DNA of 64,000 nucleotides from Octopus bimaculoides (Eukaryota), in NCBI RefSeq assembly GCF_001194135.2, contig NC_068984.1, positions 24,325,671 through 24,389,670 of the forward strand, read 5' to 3'. The position numbers were made by a program, and so were the translations under genes. This document shows, piece by piece, positions 62,753 through 64,000 of this stretch. Under the pieces are notes generated by a model, which did no database searches, had not been told where the DNA came from, and was given only the letters and a program-made list of their open reading frames with translations. How positions within the stretch are numbered: position 1 is the stretch's first letter; each line of letters opens with the position of its first letter.

Positions 62753-62960
62753 GAGAGGGAGAGAGAAGATGGTGAAGATGTGACAGGGAAGGGGCAGGGG
62801 TGAGTGGATCAGGGATTAGAGAGGTAGAGTGGGTAGGTGAGTTCATGAGATTGCAAAACGAGGGTGGGAGATTGAAAGGGGAATGTAATGATTGGGCACA
62901 GGCAGAAGGGTGGGGGGTATTAGGAGGATATATTGCAGGGAAAAGATTAGGTAGTAAGAA
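62383..62960 (-). mobile_element. Non-autonomous retroposon with (GA)n tract and RTE-type tail (same family as 978-1440)
   Basis: Shares 'cctcaactga', 'aaaaggagtctt.cattagaggggaaaa', (GA)n and 'gggtgagtgga.cag.gatt' with 1190-1400. Confidence 0.72.
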
Positions 62961-63744
62961 ATAAGACTGCATTAAAATAGACTTTTGAGATTCAATGGTT
63001 TCTGAGTTTTGACTTCATGATCAACTTCATTCCTGAGACTTTTGAACAAATTGTTATCACAGAGAATAACAGGTCAAGATAATAACCTACTATGAAGTAC
63101 TTGATTGAAAGTGAAACATGTTTGGGGTCATCGCCATGTATTAGAATCCACTTGAGCAACAACTGATGATCAGAATAGATTAAAAAGAGGTCTCAAGATG
63201 TATTTGAACACTTTTTGATTCATTGTTCAATATTTGAACACTTCTTGATCCAGTGTTTTGATCCATTGTTACAATGACACAAACTGGAAGGAAGATTAAG
63301 ATGATGGTGATAAGGTGTCACAGCATACTTTTGAGGTACAGGAACATAAATATAAGAGAGAATATGGACAGAAGTTTCAGAGTGTACCCTCAATGCACAA
63401 AAATGTGAATAGAGAAGAGAGTAGAAACAAAATACTGGGAAGGGTGGTAGCTAGAGGTTGCAAGAGTGTATGGGGAGAGTGCAAAGTGGTTAGAAATGGA
63501 GTCAGATGGGATGACTGTAGTGAATGATGAACAAGGTTGGAGGAGTGTTCAATGGTAAATATGAGTTGACAAGACAAGAAAGAAGGGGGGAGTAGAGGTG
63601 ATGGCTGGCAGCACACACACACACACACACACACACATTGTGCTTTTGTAACATAAAGACAAAAGTGCTTGACATAATTATAAGTTAAAAGATCTAGTCT
63701 ATGTGAGATCAAGAGGGATCACACACCCAAAACACATTTTTGTT

Positions 63745-64000
63745 CAAGTGGTGGTATAGGCATGTGTTGGGGAGGGATGAAGAGCATGTTCTGAGGAGGG
63801 TGATTGTGTCTGAGGTAAATGGAGCATGAAAGCGAGGTAGACCGAGGAAAAGGTGGAGGGGACAGGTGGAGGAGAAGATTGAGAGGGTTGGTTTGAAAAA
63901 GGAGGATGCCCAAAATCAGGCAAGATGGTGTGAGGGCGGTTGCTATGGCATTGAGGTAGATCTGGCCACCCCTGTTAATGGGGACAAAACCTGGATTTAA
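63745..64000 (+). mobile_element. RTE-clade LINE 3' end of a second subfamily
   Basis: KWWYRHVLGRDEEHVLRRVIVSEVNGA*KRGRPRKRWRGQVEEKIERVGLKKEDAQNQARWCEG, followed by 'ggccacccctgttaatggggacaaaacc'. Confidence 0.85.

Noticed and set aside
1-64000. CRISPR-like or prokaryotic defence systems
   Set aside because: There are no repeat-spacer arrays or operon-like ORFs. The tandem arrays are microsatellites or TE-internal repeats in eukaryotic DNA.

Overview
This is eukaryotic, AT-rich, microsatellite-dense draft-assembly DNA with 13 N-gaps. The repeat inventory (tRNA-derived SINEs with internal (CA)/(TA) microsatellites, and RTE LINE 3' ends with (GAT)n tails) suggests an octopus genome; that assignment is an inference. 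I recognise no host protein-coding gene, intact tRNA/rRNA or CRISPR array, and almost all supplied ORFs are microsatellite, N-gap or repeat read-throughs. The window looks like a large intron or intergenic region. It holds (i) a decayed Ty3/Gypsy LTR retrotransposon (6921-11438) with ~130-140 bp LTRs and nested insertions; (ii) RTE LINE fragments plus about 20 copies of an RTE-type 3' tail joined to several different upstream sequences; (iii) four tRNA-SINE families; (iv) relics of Hero/REL, CR1/L2-type and Penelope-like elements; (v) hAT and TTAA-type MITEs and a Helentron-type non-autonomous element; (vi) a near-perfect 80-bp-arm hairpin (54716-54898) just downstream of an exon-like segment. 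All family assignments come from motif recognition by eye, not database searches. I found no convincing new biological system. The best leads are the long hairpin and the structured, modular RTE 3' UTR.
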